A stretch of DNA of 64,000 bases from Octopus vulgaris (GCA_951406725.2 OX597829.1:9424001-9488000); one strand, 5' to 3'. Counted from the first letter of the stretch, positions 1 to 13,558 are shown. Program-made: numbers and translations. Notes: generated from the letters alone by a model not told the origin.

Positions 1-51
1 ACACATATACACACACACACATATATATATATATACACACACACACATATA

Positions 52-82
<31 letters not shown>

Positions 83-221
83 GGGTTGAGTATGTTGCAT
101 ATATGAATATACGTGTATGTATTTACGTGTATACATACGTACACACATATACACATACATATACACATGCACACTGACACATACACGCTTGCATACACAA
201 ATATGTATAAGCGTGTATGCC

Positions 222-286
<65 letters not shown>

Positions 287-292
287 GTGCAT
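1..292. repeat. (AC)n/(AT)n/(GT)n microsatellite block
   Basis: Dinucleotide arrays are directly visible; the ORFs here are repeat translations. Confidence 0.95.
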
Positions 293-769
293 CTGGATGT
301 AACGTATGAGTCTGAGATTCGCATGCCTTTCTTATAGATCATTAGCTTCCTAAGTGGATGTCATTCATGATTTTAATCGTAATCGAAACAGGTTCGATGA
401 TATCTTTGAGCGGGACAATGGCCGCCTTACACGGACAGATAAACTCACACAGGCATTAATACTTACAGCATTGCTCACGCACAATACACCGCGCACAACG
501 AACTCACTTACACGCTCATGTGTTTTTAAGCACGTACGTACATATGTATGTGTACAAATGTATATACACATGCATATTCATATATAGAGTGAGTGTGGGA
601 GAGACGGAGAGATGTAGTAGATAGATTCATGGATCGATAGATAGACAAACGTTGCTTGATGAATAGATAGATAGATAGATAGATACTTAGACTGATTGAT
701 AGAGAGATATCGGGAGAGGCGAGTCATTAATTGATTTTCTTTAATAGATACATGTTTATGTAATTACAC

Positions 770-845
<76 letters not shown>

Positions 846-1067
846 ATGTATATATAGTTTATGTATGTATATTTATAAGTATTATATGTACATATGTAGG
901 CTCACTCTCACACAGGCATTCACGTGCGCGTGCCTTTTTTAGTTTCTTTTTTTGTATGGATTTTTTCTGGGCCTTTATGAGATTATTAACTTATACACGT
1001 AAAGCACATATAATGGCCTTTTATAGCACGGCAGAGAGCAGTAAATATAATAAACAATAGATAAACA

Positions 1068-1168
<101 letters not shown>

Positions 1169-1225
1169 AGATGATGATGATGATAACGACAACGACGAAA
1201 ACAATTGCATTAAGCGCAACAATTC

Positions 1226-2150
1226 CTTTTATTTGCCAGAGGGGCCCAAGAGGTTGGGAACTGTACAAAGGTGAAACACAAAAGAAGCCAACAAACAAGT
1301 AACTGTGGGATTTACATCAAGTATAAGGTGAGATCAACAATTACAATCTATAAATGCATAACAATAAATAACAATAACAATGCAGGATAATAGAACCGCA
1401 AAATGTATTAAAGACCAGCCACACAGGGTGACTGGGGACAAGTTACTCACAACCCCTGAATTGCCTTGAGGCAGATGTTGCCACGATCCTACAGCCAATA
1501 AGTCAATTTATCCTCGTTTTCAACGTCATTTTCGCCAGTTTCACTCACTTTTCTTCTTAAAATTTACCAAAGAACAGTAACTCCATTCTTAACCTCACGT
1601 TCTTCTTCAATTGCTACATACAAAACATGTTGATTGCTGGCCCTGAGAAGGTAAGATCTGATCTGAACCCATTCATACACATCGCCATATAACTTTCTAT
1701 ACCCAAGCAACTAAACGACAGTCTTTCATTTTCCAAAGGAATGAGTCGGTTGATCTTCATGAGAACCTGGGCTAATAGCCGGGTCTGTACCATCCGTTTT
1801 AACAGCTACATAATATAAACTCACGCACCAGCAATACACTGATAGTGAACAAGTCTGTTACCAGATGAATTTCTCCATTGTGCGATTCTTGCAGCGGCCA
1901 TGTCGTTGCTGCTCAAGCATTGAATTGGCGGTTTTTCACGTAGCGATGCTCGGTCAAATATTTTTGGAAATACACCTTTGGAAAGTTTTCTTGCAGAAAC
2001 TATTAAGTCTGTTCTCAGTGCCACCCAGAATCGATTCCAAGTCACCGTGGCTTTTAGCGTTGATTGATCCAGCATAGAATGTGTGTAGTGACATTACACT
2101 CGACCACATTGTCACACGAGTAGAGTACAGTCAAAGTCCTGCAATATTCT
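1226..2150 (-). mobile_element. Decayed 3' end of an L1/Tx1-like LINE ORF2 plus 3' UTR
   Basis: The minus strand gives broken peptides (NRFWVALRTD..., QLKKNVRLRMELLFFGKF, VKLAKM) resembling the C-terminal region of Tx1-type ORF2. AATAAA lies at the left end and (AAT)n arrays flank it. Many stops. Confidence 0.5.
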
Positions 2151-2322
2151 AAATAATAATAATAATAATAACAACAATAATAATAATAGCAATAATAATA
2201 ATAATGATGATGATAAAAATAATAATAATAATAATAATAACAATAATAAATAATAATAATAATAATAACAATAATAAATAATAATAATAATAATGATAAT
2301 AATAATTATAATAATAACAATA

Positions 2323-2402
<80 letters not shown>

Positions 2403-2409
2403 TAATAAA

Positions 2410-2860
2410 TGGTATAACCAATAACCTAGTAAAGTACTAGAAAGTAAGAAATACAAGACGTTGTGGGACCTTAACATTTAGACTGACAGAGTAATAGGAA
2501 CCAGAAGGCCTGATTTGGTAGTAGTAGATAAAGAGAATAGAAAGTACCAGATAATAGACTTTCCAATCCCAAATGATGAAAGCATTAATATAAGAAGTAT
2601 AGAAAAAATAGCACAGTACCAGGACCCAGCCATTGCATTACAGGGACTGTGGAAAGTTCGGGTAAAATGTATTCCTGTAATTATAGGTGCATTGGGAATT
2701 ATCACTAAAGATCTGAACAAATTGATAGAGGAAATAGGCATAAAACCCAATTTACTGCAGCTGTAGAAATCGGTGTTGTTAGGGTTAGGGTTAGGATACT
2801 TAGGAGGGTTCTTTGCCATCTAAGGTTATGATGTTAGGATTCTTTTCTTTTCCAGCAGTC
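2410..2860 (+). mobile_element. 5'-truncated R4/Dong-type non-LTR retrotransposon (restriction-like endonuclease C-terminus)
   Basis: Translates LWDLNI*TDRVIGTRRPDLVVVDKENRKYQIIDFPIPND...EKIAQYQD...LWKVRVKCIPVIIGALG...LRRVL, a PD-(D/E)xK RLE motif set. It lies between (AAT)n arrays. Confidence 0.85.
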
Positions 2861-2889
2861 TAATCTGTTGAGTGTATATGCATAATGAT

Positions 2890-2896
2890 GATGATG

Positions 2897-2951
<55 letters not shown>

Positions 2952-3016
2952 CAATAATAATAATGATGATAATAATAATAATAATAATAATGATAATAAT
3001 AATAATGATAATAGTA

Positions 3017-3055
<39 letters not shown>

Positions 3056-3796
3056 CCTTGATGCAATAGCAGGTACTGGCTTCTGATCTTAACTGATCGG
3101 AAATGATATCATGTACATTGTTTTGTCTTGATATAAAAGATGGGCTACAGCAAATATTCTGCTCAATACCACAGATTTGCTTGTCAGTTGTTTGAACTTA
3201 ACCAGTTGATCATGTCCCTCAGTGGCTGACGATATGTGCATCTCTGATCACGAGTAGAAGTAGTGGGGGAGCATCATAGCCATGTGTTGAGAGGGATTCT
3301 TTGGGGTTTGAATAATTCACCTCAGGAAATGCGGGTGTTTCGTTCATCATCCTTAAACAACCCTTATCCAGGGATCTTTTGAGCGGGATGGGCTACTCGA
3401 CCAGAAGAAAATTCTAATTGTGCCCCACTTGCAAGATCAGGCGCTGTTTATTTTGATATGAGATCACCATGTCATGCACACATGATTGTGATGCATGTGC
3501 CCTTATCAGACGGGTGGTCATGATGGGTATATTGGGCTTCGTATATTTTACCCGTGTCACTTTGATGGCATGCACTGCTCTCTCACTCAATAATAATAAT
3601 TTTGATGGGAGGGGGACAGTCGATTAAATCAAGCCTAATAGGTGATTGGTACTTATTTCATCGAACCCCGAAAATATGAAATTCAAATCAACCTCAGTAG
3701 TATTTGAACTCAAAACGTAAAGGCGGACGAAATGTTGTAAAGTATTTTGTCCGGCAATTTAACGCTTCTTGCCAGCCTACTTCCTTTAATAATTTG

Positions 3797-3881
<85 letters not shown>

Positions 3882-4726
3882 CAATAATAATAATGATGAT
3901 AATAATAATAATAATAATGATAATAATAATGATAATAATAATAATGATAATAGTAATGATGATGATGATGATGATGATGATGATTCCTTGATGCAATAGC
4001 AGGTACTGGCTTCTGATCTTAACTGATCGGAAATGATATCATGTTCATTGTTTTGTCTTGATATAAAAGATGGGCTACAGCAAATATTCTGCTCAATACC
4101 ACAGATTTGCTTGTCAGTTGTTTGACCATAACCAGTTGAGCATGTCCCTCAGTGGCTGACGATATGTGCATCTCTGATCACGAGTAGAAGTAGTGGGGGA
4201 GCATCATAGCCATGTGTTGAGAGGGATTCTTTGGGGTTTGAATAATTCACCTCAGGAAATGCGGGTGTTTCGTTCATCATCCTTAAACAACCCTTATCCA
4301 GGGATCTTTTGAGCGGGATGGGCTACTCGACCAGAAGAAAATTCTAATTGTGCCCCACTTGCAAGATCAGGCGCTGTTTATTTTGATATGAGATCACCAT
4401 GTCATGCACACATGATTGTGATGCATGTGCCCTTATCAGACGGGTGGTCATGATGGGTATATTGGGCTTCGTATATTTTACCCGTGTCACTTTGATGGCA
4501 TGCACTGCTCTCTCACTCAATAATAATAATTTTGATGGGAGGGGGACAGTCGATTAAATCAAGCCTAATAGGTGATTGGTACTTATTTCATCGAACCCCG
4601 AAAATATGAAATTCAAATCAACCTCAGTAGTATTTGAACTCAAAACGTAAAGGCGGACGAAATGTTGTAAAGTATTTTGTCCGGCAATTTAACGCTTCTT
4701 GCCAGCCTACTTCCTTTAATAATTTG

Positions 4727-4727
<1 letters not shown>
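2890..4727. repeat. Tandem duplication, ~930 bp unit, breakpoints inside (AAT)n
   Basis: 3052-3797 is near-identical to 3982-4727 at offset 930, with only a few substitutions (gtacatt/gttcatt, gaactta/gaccata, gatcat/gagcat). Confidence 0.95.
3052..3590 (+). mobile_element. Non-coding interspersed repeat ending in (AAT)n; second copy at 3982-4520
   Basis: ~540 bp non-simple sequence ending ...gctctctcactc-aataataat with no ORF. It may be a retroelement 3' UTR; strand is inferred from the tail. Confidence 0.45.
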
Positions 4728-4784
<57 letters not shown>

Positions 4785-4787
<3 letters not shown>

Positions 4788-5162
4788 CCTGTTGTCATAG
4801 GTGCCCTGGGAATGATAGCAAAAGGGGCTGATAGCTACCTAACTCAAATACCAGGAAACCCCAAAATGACAGAAATTCAAAAGATAGTGCTCATGGGAAC
4901 TGCTCATATCCTACGCAAAATACTTTCTATGTAATCTCAAGGTTTAAAACAAACATAATTTTCGGTTTAAAAAAAAAAATTAAAAAAAAATTTTTTTTTT
5001 AGACATTCATTAGTACAACACCAAAAACTCCCCCCCCCCAAAAAAAAATATATGGCACACTAGGCATAACAACAACATGAACTTCCAACCTGTTGTCTCT
5101 TGAGGTCTCTGGGTGAGACTTGGAGCCAACTTGTACAAATATAAAGCAAAAGTCAAACATAG
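4785..5162 (+). mobile_element. 5'-truncated R4/Dong-type element, second family
   Basis: IPVVIGALGMIAKGADSYLTQIPGNPKMTEIQKIVLMGTAHILRKILSM* then a 3' UTR ending gtcaaacatag-(aat)n. Near-identical to 61496-61958. Confidence 0.85.
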
Positions 5163-5189
5163 AATAATAATAATAATAATAATAATAAC

Positions 5190-5405
5190 AATGATTTCAA
5201 ATTTTGGTACATGGCCAGCAATTTCAGGGGAAGGGGATAAGTCGATTAAATTGACCCCAGTGTTCAGCTGGTACTTTTTTTTATCGACTTCGAAAGGATG
5301 AACAACAAAGTTGACCTCGCTGGCATTTGAACTCAGAGCGTAAAGACAGGCGAAATGCCGCTAAGCATTTCGCCTGGCGTGCTAACGTGTCTGCCATCTC
5401 ACCGG
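5190..5405 (-). mobile_element. tRNA-derived SINE, family B (ggcagaxxxgttagcacgccgggcgaaatgcttagcgg...gttcaaattccgccgaggtcgactttgcctttcatcc)
   Basis: Reverse complement of the family seen at 8955 and 11399. Further fragments lie near 3600-3780, 13200-13330, 17140-17280, 18830-18980 and 36715-36820. Confidence 0.8.
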
Positions 5406-5646
5406 CTCAAGGCAAAGAATTTTAAAACAAAAGAACATCTTAGTTGATAGTATGGACGTTAGTATTAAATTGGTATTTTATTTAATTGATCTCAGAGCAA
5501 TAAAAGGCGAAGCTGCTGATACCGGCGATATTTGAACTCAGAGTCTAAGAACCGGAAGAGATACCACTCTAACTACTCTAATGTTACTGCCGACAATCTA
5601 ACGATTTTTTCAATCACCGTACTTAGTAGTAGTAGTAGTAGAGGTG

Positions 5647-5682
<36 letters not shown>

Positions 5683-6643
5683 GTAATAGTAATAGTAGTA
5701 GTAGTAGTAGTAGTAGAGTTGGTGGTGGTGGTGGTGGTGGTGGTGGTGGTGGTAATCACAGTAATAATAATATCATAAAAATGATAATGATGAAATGATG
5801 AGAGTAATTAATGCGATGATGATGGCGTCGATATTAAAACGATGACGACGATGATGATGATCATGACGACGACGACGACAACGATAAAGGGTGGTGGTGG
5901 TGGTGGTGGTGGTGGTAGTGGTAGTGTGTGCGTGCGTGAGTGTCAGGTAGTGCTGCTCTTCCATGATGTGTACAGTGCAATGTTTGCATAGAATTGAATT
6001 GATTTTTGTCCACCAGTGTTTATGAGGTCGAATCTCACCGGATGTAGCGTATCCGGTGAGTTAAGTGGAATCTCTGGTTAAATGGTACAGGTGTTCGATT
6101 TAACATTCGGGATTTTTTACTGGCGAATTAAAAAGAAACACACACACAAAATAAATAAATAAAGAAAATAAAGAAAAGGCAAAAACAAAGAAACAAAGAC
6201 AAAAAAAACAACAAGTTTCAGAATGCTGAAGTTGGTTGGTTTTTAGTTAGGTTGGGGAATGTTTCAAATATTAGATTTATGTTAATTATGATAACGTATT
6301 GTAACGTTGATAACAACAACGGAGACGTCAACTATAACGACAACAACACCAATAACAACTATAGCAACGTTGGTAACAACAACAACAAAAACGAGAGCAA
6401 CGATGACAACAACTACAACAACAACAGCTACAAATTCAGCAACAATAAGAGGAACAGCAGCAATAAAAATATTCTTAATAAAACTAATAATAACTATTTC
6501 TTTTTATTCATAATAACAAAAACAATAATATTAATTGTTATACAAAAACACACATATATATGTATGTATATGTATGTATATATATATGCATTTATATATA
6601 TATATATATGTACATATATATATATATATATATATAAATATAT

Positions 6644-6691
<48 letters not shown>

Positions 6692-6837
6692 GTTTGCTGA
6701 TGTTAGTAGTGATGGCCATTGTACAGATTGAATATGGGAGTGGGCGGTGGTCGGCCAATATGGATATACATTTGTGAGTGTGTTTGCGTACGTGTGCATG
6801 TGTATGTGTGTTTGCTACTATGTAAGTATAAACACAT

Positions 6838-6875
<38 letters not shown>

Positions 6876-6877
6876 GC

Positions 6878-7012
<135 letters not shown>

Positions 7013-8184
7013 CGTATGTATGTATGTATGTATGTATGCTTAAAGAAAACAATAGTCATGTTACAAGTGCAGTACGTACAAGTTCTTACACGATGTTCCC
7101 ATCTCGGTTAACTCTGCACAGACACATCTCTGTTTACTGTTCAGATGCATCTAGGAATAAAAGAATAATAATAAAAGACAAAACAACAAATCACTGACGA
7201 TGATCGTTATATAAGCAGCGGCGGCGGCGGTGGTTGTGGTGGTGGTGGTGGTAATTGCTGTTGATGTGGTAGTCATGGTGGTTGTGATGATTGTTGCTGT
7301 GGTGATGGACATGGTTGCAGTACAAGTAACGGTGGTGGTTGGGGAGAGGATAAGTGTGTGATGCTGATGATGGTGGTGATGCTAATAGTGGCGGCGGTGG
7401 AGATGATGGTTGTGGTGGTGGTGGTGGGATGAGAGTATAAATGATTATGCCAGCAGTACTTGTTGTTGTTGTTGTTATGGTGGTGGTGGTGGTGGTGGTG
7501 GTGGTGCTTGTGATTGTGATGTTGTTAGTGGTCGTTATCGTTGTAGTGAGTGAGGTGGTAGAGGTTGTGGTAATGATGATGAGCAGCAGGAGGGGGGAAG
7601 TGGATGGTTGTGGTAGTGGTGGTGGTGGTGATGATGATGATGAGGATGATGACGACGACGACGATGATGGTAATAGTGATGTTTTGTTGTTGTATAGCCC
7701 TGGGTCAGGCCTGATCGACGCGCATGGTGTCGACCCGCCGATAGCGCACCACCCACAAATCCTCCTTTCTATTAATACTATGGCGACTTCGCTTAATTGA
7801 AGATCATACGGCACGTCTCAGCATGTAACGATGGGTGTGGTGGGGGGGTCTTCTAGGGTGCACTATGACTGGGCATATTACCATTTCTCTGTTGTCATTT
7901 CTATTTCGTAATACACATATAAATTCTGGTGCTTGTTACAGAGTTAGAGTTAGAGAGGCTTAGCACTACAGAGGAAGCGACTAAGGTGAACTCGGCCAGA
8001 ACCCTACAACAGTAGTTCATTTGTACTTGCTTTTGGTGGTGCGCATCCCAGCACAGCGTTTGTGTTGCAGCAATTTATGTTTTCCTGTGTCCCGTGTGCG
8101 TTTTTCTGCGATTAGCGCAGAGATTGTACTTATAGAATATTACTTTGGTGGTGCTATGCGATGTAATAAAAGTATATTCGTTTG

Positions 8185-8610
8185 TTCTTTAATTTGTTTC
8201 AGCCTTCTGACTGCGGCCATGCTGGGGCACTGCATTGAAAATGTTTTTGTCGAATAAATCAACCCCAGTACATATATTTTCTTAAACCTGGTAATTATTC
8301 TATCGGGGACGTAAACAAACCAGCGCCAGTTGTTAAGCGGTGATGGAGGACAAATGCGGACACAAGATGCACCCTCACATACCTACACACACACACACAC
8401 ACACACACACAGATATATATATATCTAGAGAGAGAGAGAGAGAGAAACAAAGGATTCTTTCAGTTTCCGTCTCTCAAATCCATTCACAAAGTTTTGGTCG
8501 GCCCGAGGCTATAGTCGAAGACACTTACTTGAGGCATCACGCAGAGAGACTGAACGCGGAACCTTGTGGTTGGAAGGTAAGCTTCTTCCCAGATAGCAAC
8601 ACCTGCGGCT
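8185..8610 (-). mobile_element. tRNA-derived SINE, family A, diverged
   Basis: Matches the family at 15948-16345 (ctttcagtttccgtct, ggtcggcccgaggctatag) with a central (CA)/(GA) tract. Confidence 0.75.
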
Positions 8611-8954
8611 TTGGATGTGACTTTTTTGTGGGGTGGGGTTCATCTAATGTGAAAGAGGATGCGGTAGAAACTTGCGAAATAAAAGCTGTCTTTTGCACAT
8701 CCATTTTCACTATTTTTGCTTCTCCGAGTATATGGTCGTCTGACAAAATGCACTGAACTCATGGAACTCATGGCACAACTAGCATATCAAAGATGGACAT
8801 TATGTACTGTTGCTACATTATTATATTGTATTTCTTTTGGCCGAATACGGAGCCTTGGAGTTCTTTAAGTATAATTATGCGTTGTTTTACTCATTTCTGT
8901 CTCCTGTATGTGGTGTTAGTAGTTGTGTTTGACTCCTAATATTTTTGCGCTCTG

Positions 8955-9357
8955 AGGCAGCGAGCTGGCAGACAGGTTAGCACGCCGGGCGAAATGCTTA
9001 GCGGTATTTCGCCTACTACTACGTTCTAAGTTCAAATTCCGCCGAGGTCGACTTTGCTTTTCATCCTTTCGGGGTCGATTACATAAGTACCAGTTACGCA
9101 CTGGTGTTTATATAATCGACTTAATCCGTTTGTCTGTCCTTGTTTGTCCTCTCTGTGTTTAGCCCTTTGTGGGTAGTAAAGAAACAGGTATTTCGTCTGT
9201 CTTTACGTTCTGAGTTCAAATTCCTCCGCGGTCGACTTTGCATTTCATGCTTTCGGAGTCGATAAATTAAGTACCAGTTGCCACTGAGGTCGAGCTAATC
9301 GACTGGCCCTCTCCTCAAAATATATTTCGGGCCTTGTGCCTAGAGTAGAAAAGAATA
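8955..9357 (+). mobile_element. SINE family B with internally duplicated core
   Basis: A-box-like tggcagacaggttagc and B-box gttcaaattcc. The core gtcgactttgc..ttcatcctttcggggtcgat..taagtaccag occurs twice, and the tail is ccttgtgcctagagtagaaaagaat. Confidence 0.85.
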
Positions 9358-9479
9358 TTTTTGTGTTCTGTATGTGCTCGCGCATGTGTAAGGGTGTGCA
9401 GACATGTGCATGTGTGTGTATGTGTGTGCGTGTGTATGTGGTATATTCATGTTGTGGCATTGTTGGTGCTTTCTTGTAG

Positions 9480-10080
9480 TTCTGAACAGTCTACAGCTGT
9501 GAGCACTGGTCTCTACTTGATTTAGAAAGAGATGTAGAAGTTTGTCTGCAGTTAATCGAAAATATGAGAGACACTGTGGGCGTAAAGTCATCTACGTACA
9601 AAAGTGTATGTTTTGTGGAGATGTGATAAGATCGTGTAGATATAGTTTGAAACGAATGAGCGAAAGAATGGCGCCCTATAATATACCATCCAGGAAATTA
9701 AAGTTCAGAAAGAGTTGCTCTTGTACATTACATTGATTCAGAGAGCAGACAGTTTCCCAGCGTAATATGCTGTTTATTGGGGTGATGGAAAGTGCATTTG
9801 TATGAATAGAAAATTAGGAATGGAGACGACGGCTTTGATGAAGCGAAATTGATTGGAATTGTAATGGTAGAGGCTTAATATATATAAAGGTAGATGTATA
9901 AAGGTAGGTTTTATCTGTCGTTCAAGTCATATATCTGTCGAGAAAGGAATCCGCGGTTTCATGCGGATTAGGGCATGTATAGGCTAGTGATGTCAAAGAG
10001 AGACCAGTTGAGAATATTTGAGGATATACATGCTTGATATTTTGCTAGGGTGTAGAAATGTTTTAGTTTTCCCCACTTTG
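9480..10080 (-). mobile_element. Highly decayed CR1/Jockey-group reverse transcriptase remnant
   Basis: Minus-strand STGLSLTSL (cf. YRPISLTS) and GIL*GAILSLIRFKLYLHDLITSPQNIHF (cf. GVPQGSVLSPTLFLLYINDL...IHSYADD) occur in the expected order. Confidence 0.5.
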
Positions 10081-11398
10081 CAGATTCTGAAAATTTGTAA
10101 CACAAGCTTGCGAATGTTGATTTTTTTGACACCCGTAGATATATGTGTGTATGTTTATTTGTAATTTTTAATACTGCCGTTTGTATTTTCACAGCAAAAT
10201 ATTTTTCTGAACTATTGATACATAAATCTTATGTGTTTTTTCTAAAACTTGTAGCTTCATATTTTCTTTCTTTTCGTTTTTTTTTTCCTTTACTCATTTC
10301 CATGATTTACGAGGTTTATTCTGGTTTATGAAGCATATATTTTTAAATAATTGCTTTCTGTGCATGCGCACACACGCATCTGCTTTGTGTGCAGAGCCCG
10401 TTACTACTTGCTTTGCAAATCTGTATAGTTATTGCTTGGGTCTATGAAGTAAACTCTGCTGGACAATTTGTAAATGTTTTGTGATGTTTTGCGGCAGATC
10501 CTGAACAGGCCTTCAGACGCACTTGCAAGTATTATACATTTCCCTTTGTGCAGATTTCTGCTCTCTGTAGTTCTCTAGAAACGGTCACAAACACTAAGAC
10601 AGAAATAATTATGTACCCCAACGAGCACCCATGCTTCGTCCGGTTTTCTAATCGTGACCATCACATCTTTTTCTGACATATTACTTGGTATTGTATTCTG
10701 TGTATTTAACGATATCTGAAGATTGTGGGATATAATTTCAGATAGATTGAGCAACCGTCTAAGGACTTCCTCGCCAGTTCAGGTTGAAGGGTCCTTTGCT
10801 AATTCGTGTGTGTGTGTATCTGTGTATGTGTGTGTGTGTGGTGATATTCTCTGGGCGAAGGGATACTGTTGGTGTTGGATTGGTGTTGTAGTGGCAGTGG
10901 AGTATTTCAGTGGTGGTCGTCGTGTATTATCAGTGGTGATCCTTGTTGCGATGGCTGTTTTTATGTCAGTGTCATTGTTGCTTTTATAAGCAGTGCTGCT
11001 ATTCGTGGTAGCAGTGCTGGTTGTAGTAGTGGTGTTGGTGGTGGTGGTAGTGGTGGTGGTGGTGATGGTGGTGGTGGTGGTGGTGGTAGAGGTAATTGTG
11101 ATGTTAGTTGTTGGTGTTGGTGGTGGTGATTATAGTGGTGGTTGTGGTAGTAACGGTGGTGGTGTTCGTAGTTGTGATGGTGGTAGTTGTAATTGTGGTG
11201 TAGGGTATGGCGGTGGTGATGGTGATAGTGGTGGGGGGTGCTTATGAACCTAGTATGATATTAGTAGCAATTACTGAAATCCTAATAGTGGTGATGGTAG
11301 TTGTATTAGCGATGGCTGTAGCCGTGGGCAATGATGGTGGTAATAATTAAACACGTACAAACAGTGGTAGTTTTATTTTAGAGGTATTACTAACGCGG

Positions 11399-11930
11399 CC
11401 AGTTCAAATTCCGCCGAGGTCGACTTTGCCTTTCATCCTTCCGGGGTCGATAAATTAAGTACCAGTTACGCACTGGGATCGATATAATTGACTTAATCCG
11501 TTTGTCTGTCCATGTTTGTCCTCTCTGTGTTTAGCCCCTTGTGGGTAGTAAAGAAATAGGTATTTCGTCTGCCGTTATGTTCTGAGTTCAAATTCCGCCG
11601 AGGTCGACTTTGCCTTTCATCCTTTCGGGGTCGATAAATTAAGTACTAGTTGCGTACTGGGGTTGATCTAATCGACTGGCTCCCTCCCCAAAAATGTTGG
11701 ACCTTGTGCCTAGAGTAGAAAAGAATCGTTAGTACGCCAGAGGAGAAATGTTTAGCAGCATTTCGTCCGTCTTTACGCTCCAAGTTTAAATCCCACCGAG
11801 ATTAACTTCGCCTTTCATCCTTTCGGGATCGATTAATTAAGCACCAGTTGAACATCGGGGTCGATGTAACCGATTTACGCACCCCGCTACCCCCGAACTT
11901 GCTGGCTTTGTGTCAAAATTTAAAACCATT
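11399..11930 (+). mobile_element. SINE family B tandem/duplicated-core array
   Basis: Three successive cores start near 11401, 11585 and 11783; the first spacer is the same as in 8955-9357. Confidence 0.85.
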
Positions 11931-13366
11931 ATTAGAGATATTTCCAATGACGATTCTTTTAATGTAAAAATGTATTGGTTGTTACTGTGTTAACAGGATT
12001 AGGCGGGGGGTTGCAGGAGATAGCGATGGTGTTATTGATCTGCTAGTGATTATTGGGGCGGGTGTTATCACTAATGACAGTGATGGTTGTAATAATACTC
12101 ATTGTTCGTGGTGGGTCATGAGATGATTTCATTATTGCTAGACGTGGCCGACATTACATGCGATGTTATTAACCGTGTTACACTATATTCCTGCAATAAT
12201 GGGAATAGGTTAAGCTTTACTTCTGTCAGATTCCTGGGTAAAGCAGTAATGAAAAACACACACAGAAAAAGAAGATGCAACCAATTCTGTCCATAAGTTT
12301 GCCTGCAATAACTCGAGCTGTAAAAGTAACTATTTATTTTTTTCTCAAGGGCCCAGGTGGAAGGTAAAGGTAGACATAGAGGCTCAGGTCTGAGAGCGTT
12401 AATAAGAGTTCAGTTCTTATTGCTAGAAGTCGAAACTATTTCTGCTGCTGCTGCTGTTGTTGACGGGTAAGGCTGATTAGGTGATGGTCAAGGGCTTAGG
12501 GGCGGGAGACCCCAGACCTTGGAAAAAAAAAACTTTGGTCGTCTTATTGTAGTCGAGGGCTCTTCGTTGACGCTCGACACCACTGGGAGGTGGCCCTCGA
12601 AGTCGCTGGAAATGGAGATCTCCAGGTCCAAATTCTTGGGCGGTTGCTGCTGCTGAGAGACCCAGAATTGTTTTAGAAATTTTGTTGAAGTTAGTTGGAT
12701 CCATTACTGTAGTATTGTTACTGGTGTTGTCCGTGAGAACAAGGTCGGTAGTGGTAGTGGTAGTGGTATAAATAGTGTTTTATAATGGCAGTGGTATTGT
12801 GGTAGTTTTGTGTCAGGTGCTTGATGGTTGCCGTGTTGGTGATGATATAGTGCTGTTTTGGTAGAATTTTTGTAAATAGATGTCGTTGGTGATCGAAATG
12901 TTATTGTTGAAGTGATGCTGTAGAAGTGGCATTGGTGGTAGCGTTACTCTTGCGGTGGTTGTTTTGGTTGTAGTGTTGTTAGCGAGTGTTGTTGGTAGGA
13001 ATGGTCTTTTAGTAGTGTCCTTGTAATAACGGTATTGGTGGCAGTGGCGTTGTTCGTAGTTGTATTGTCATTGTGGTAGTTGTGCTGGTGGTAGTTGGGC
13101 TACTGTGATGGCGCTGGTGGCTATAGTGCCCATCACTTTCCAGGCCTAGCACACTGTGAGGTGCACGAAAAATCGATCGGAGAAAATGAGGATAGGAGAA
13201 ATATCGATTCCTCTACCTGATTGGTACTTTATTGACTACTAAACGATGAACGACAAAGCTGACATGGGCTAGATTTGAACCCTGGGCGCGGTGTGTTGGA
13301 ACATCTACTGCCAAATAACCAATTCTACGCTCTAATGACTTCACCATTTATTCTATAATTTATATA

Positions 13367-13558
13367 CGAGGGGTTGCTGAAAAGTTCTTGCCTTTAAGGG
13401 TATCGCGAAAGGTCTGGCTGGAGGCCCAAACATCCGCCTTCTTTTACAGGGCTTAGAACAACTGAAGGACCGCTGCAATAAGTATTTGTGAATGAAATCA
13501 TAATCAACTGATCCTCCTCCTGTTTTCTTTTATCCAGGAACTTTTCATCACCGCTTCG
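13367..13558 (+). mobile_element. Mariner-derived MITE with TA TSD
   Basis: ta|cgaggggttgctgaaaagttcttg ... ccaggaacttttcatcaccgcttcg|ta gives imperfect TIRs. The interior retains a transposase C-terminal trace (GLEQLKDRCNK). Confidence 0.75.

Noticed and set aside
338-470. Unique island with ORF MDVIHDFNRNRNRFDDIFERD
   Set aside because: GTG start, no recognisable domain, and no consistent splice sites.
12220-12320. Minus-strand ARVIAGKLMDRIG resembling MFS motif A after a ttttacag acceptor
   Set aside because: An in-frame stop follows, there is no good donor, and no other transporter exons were found.
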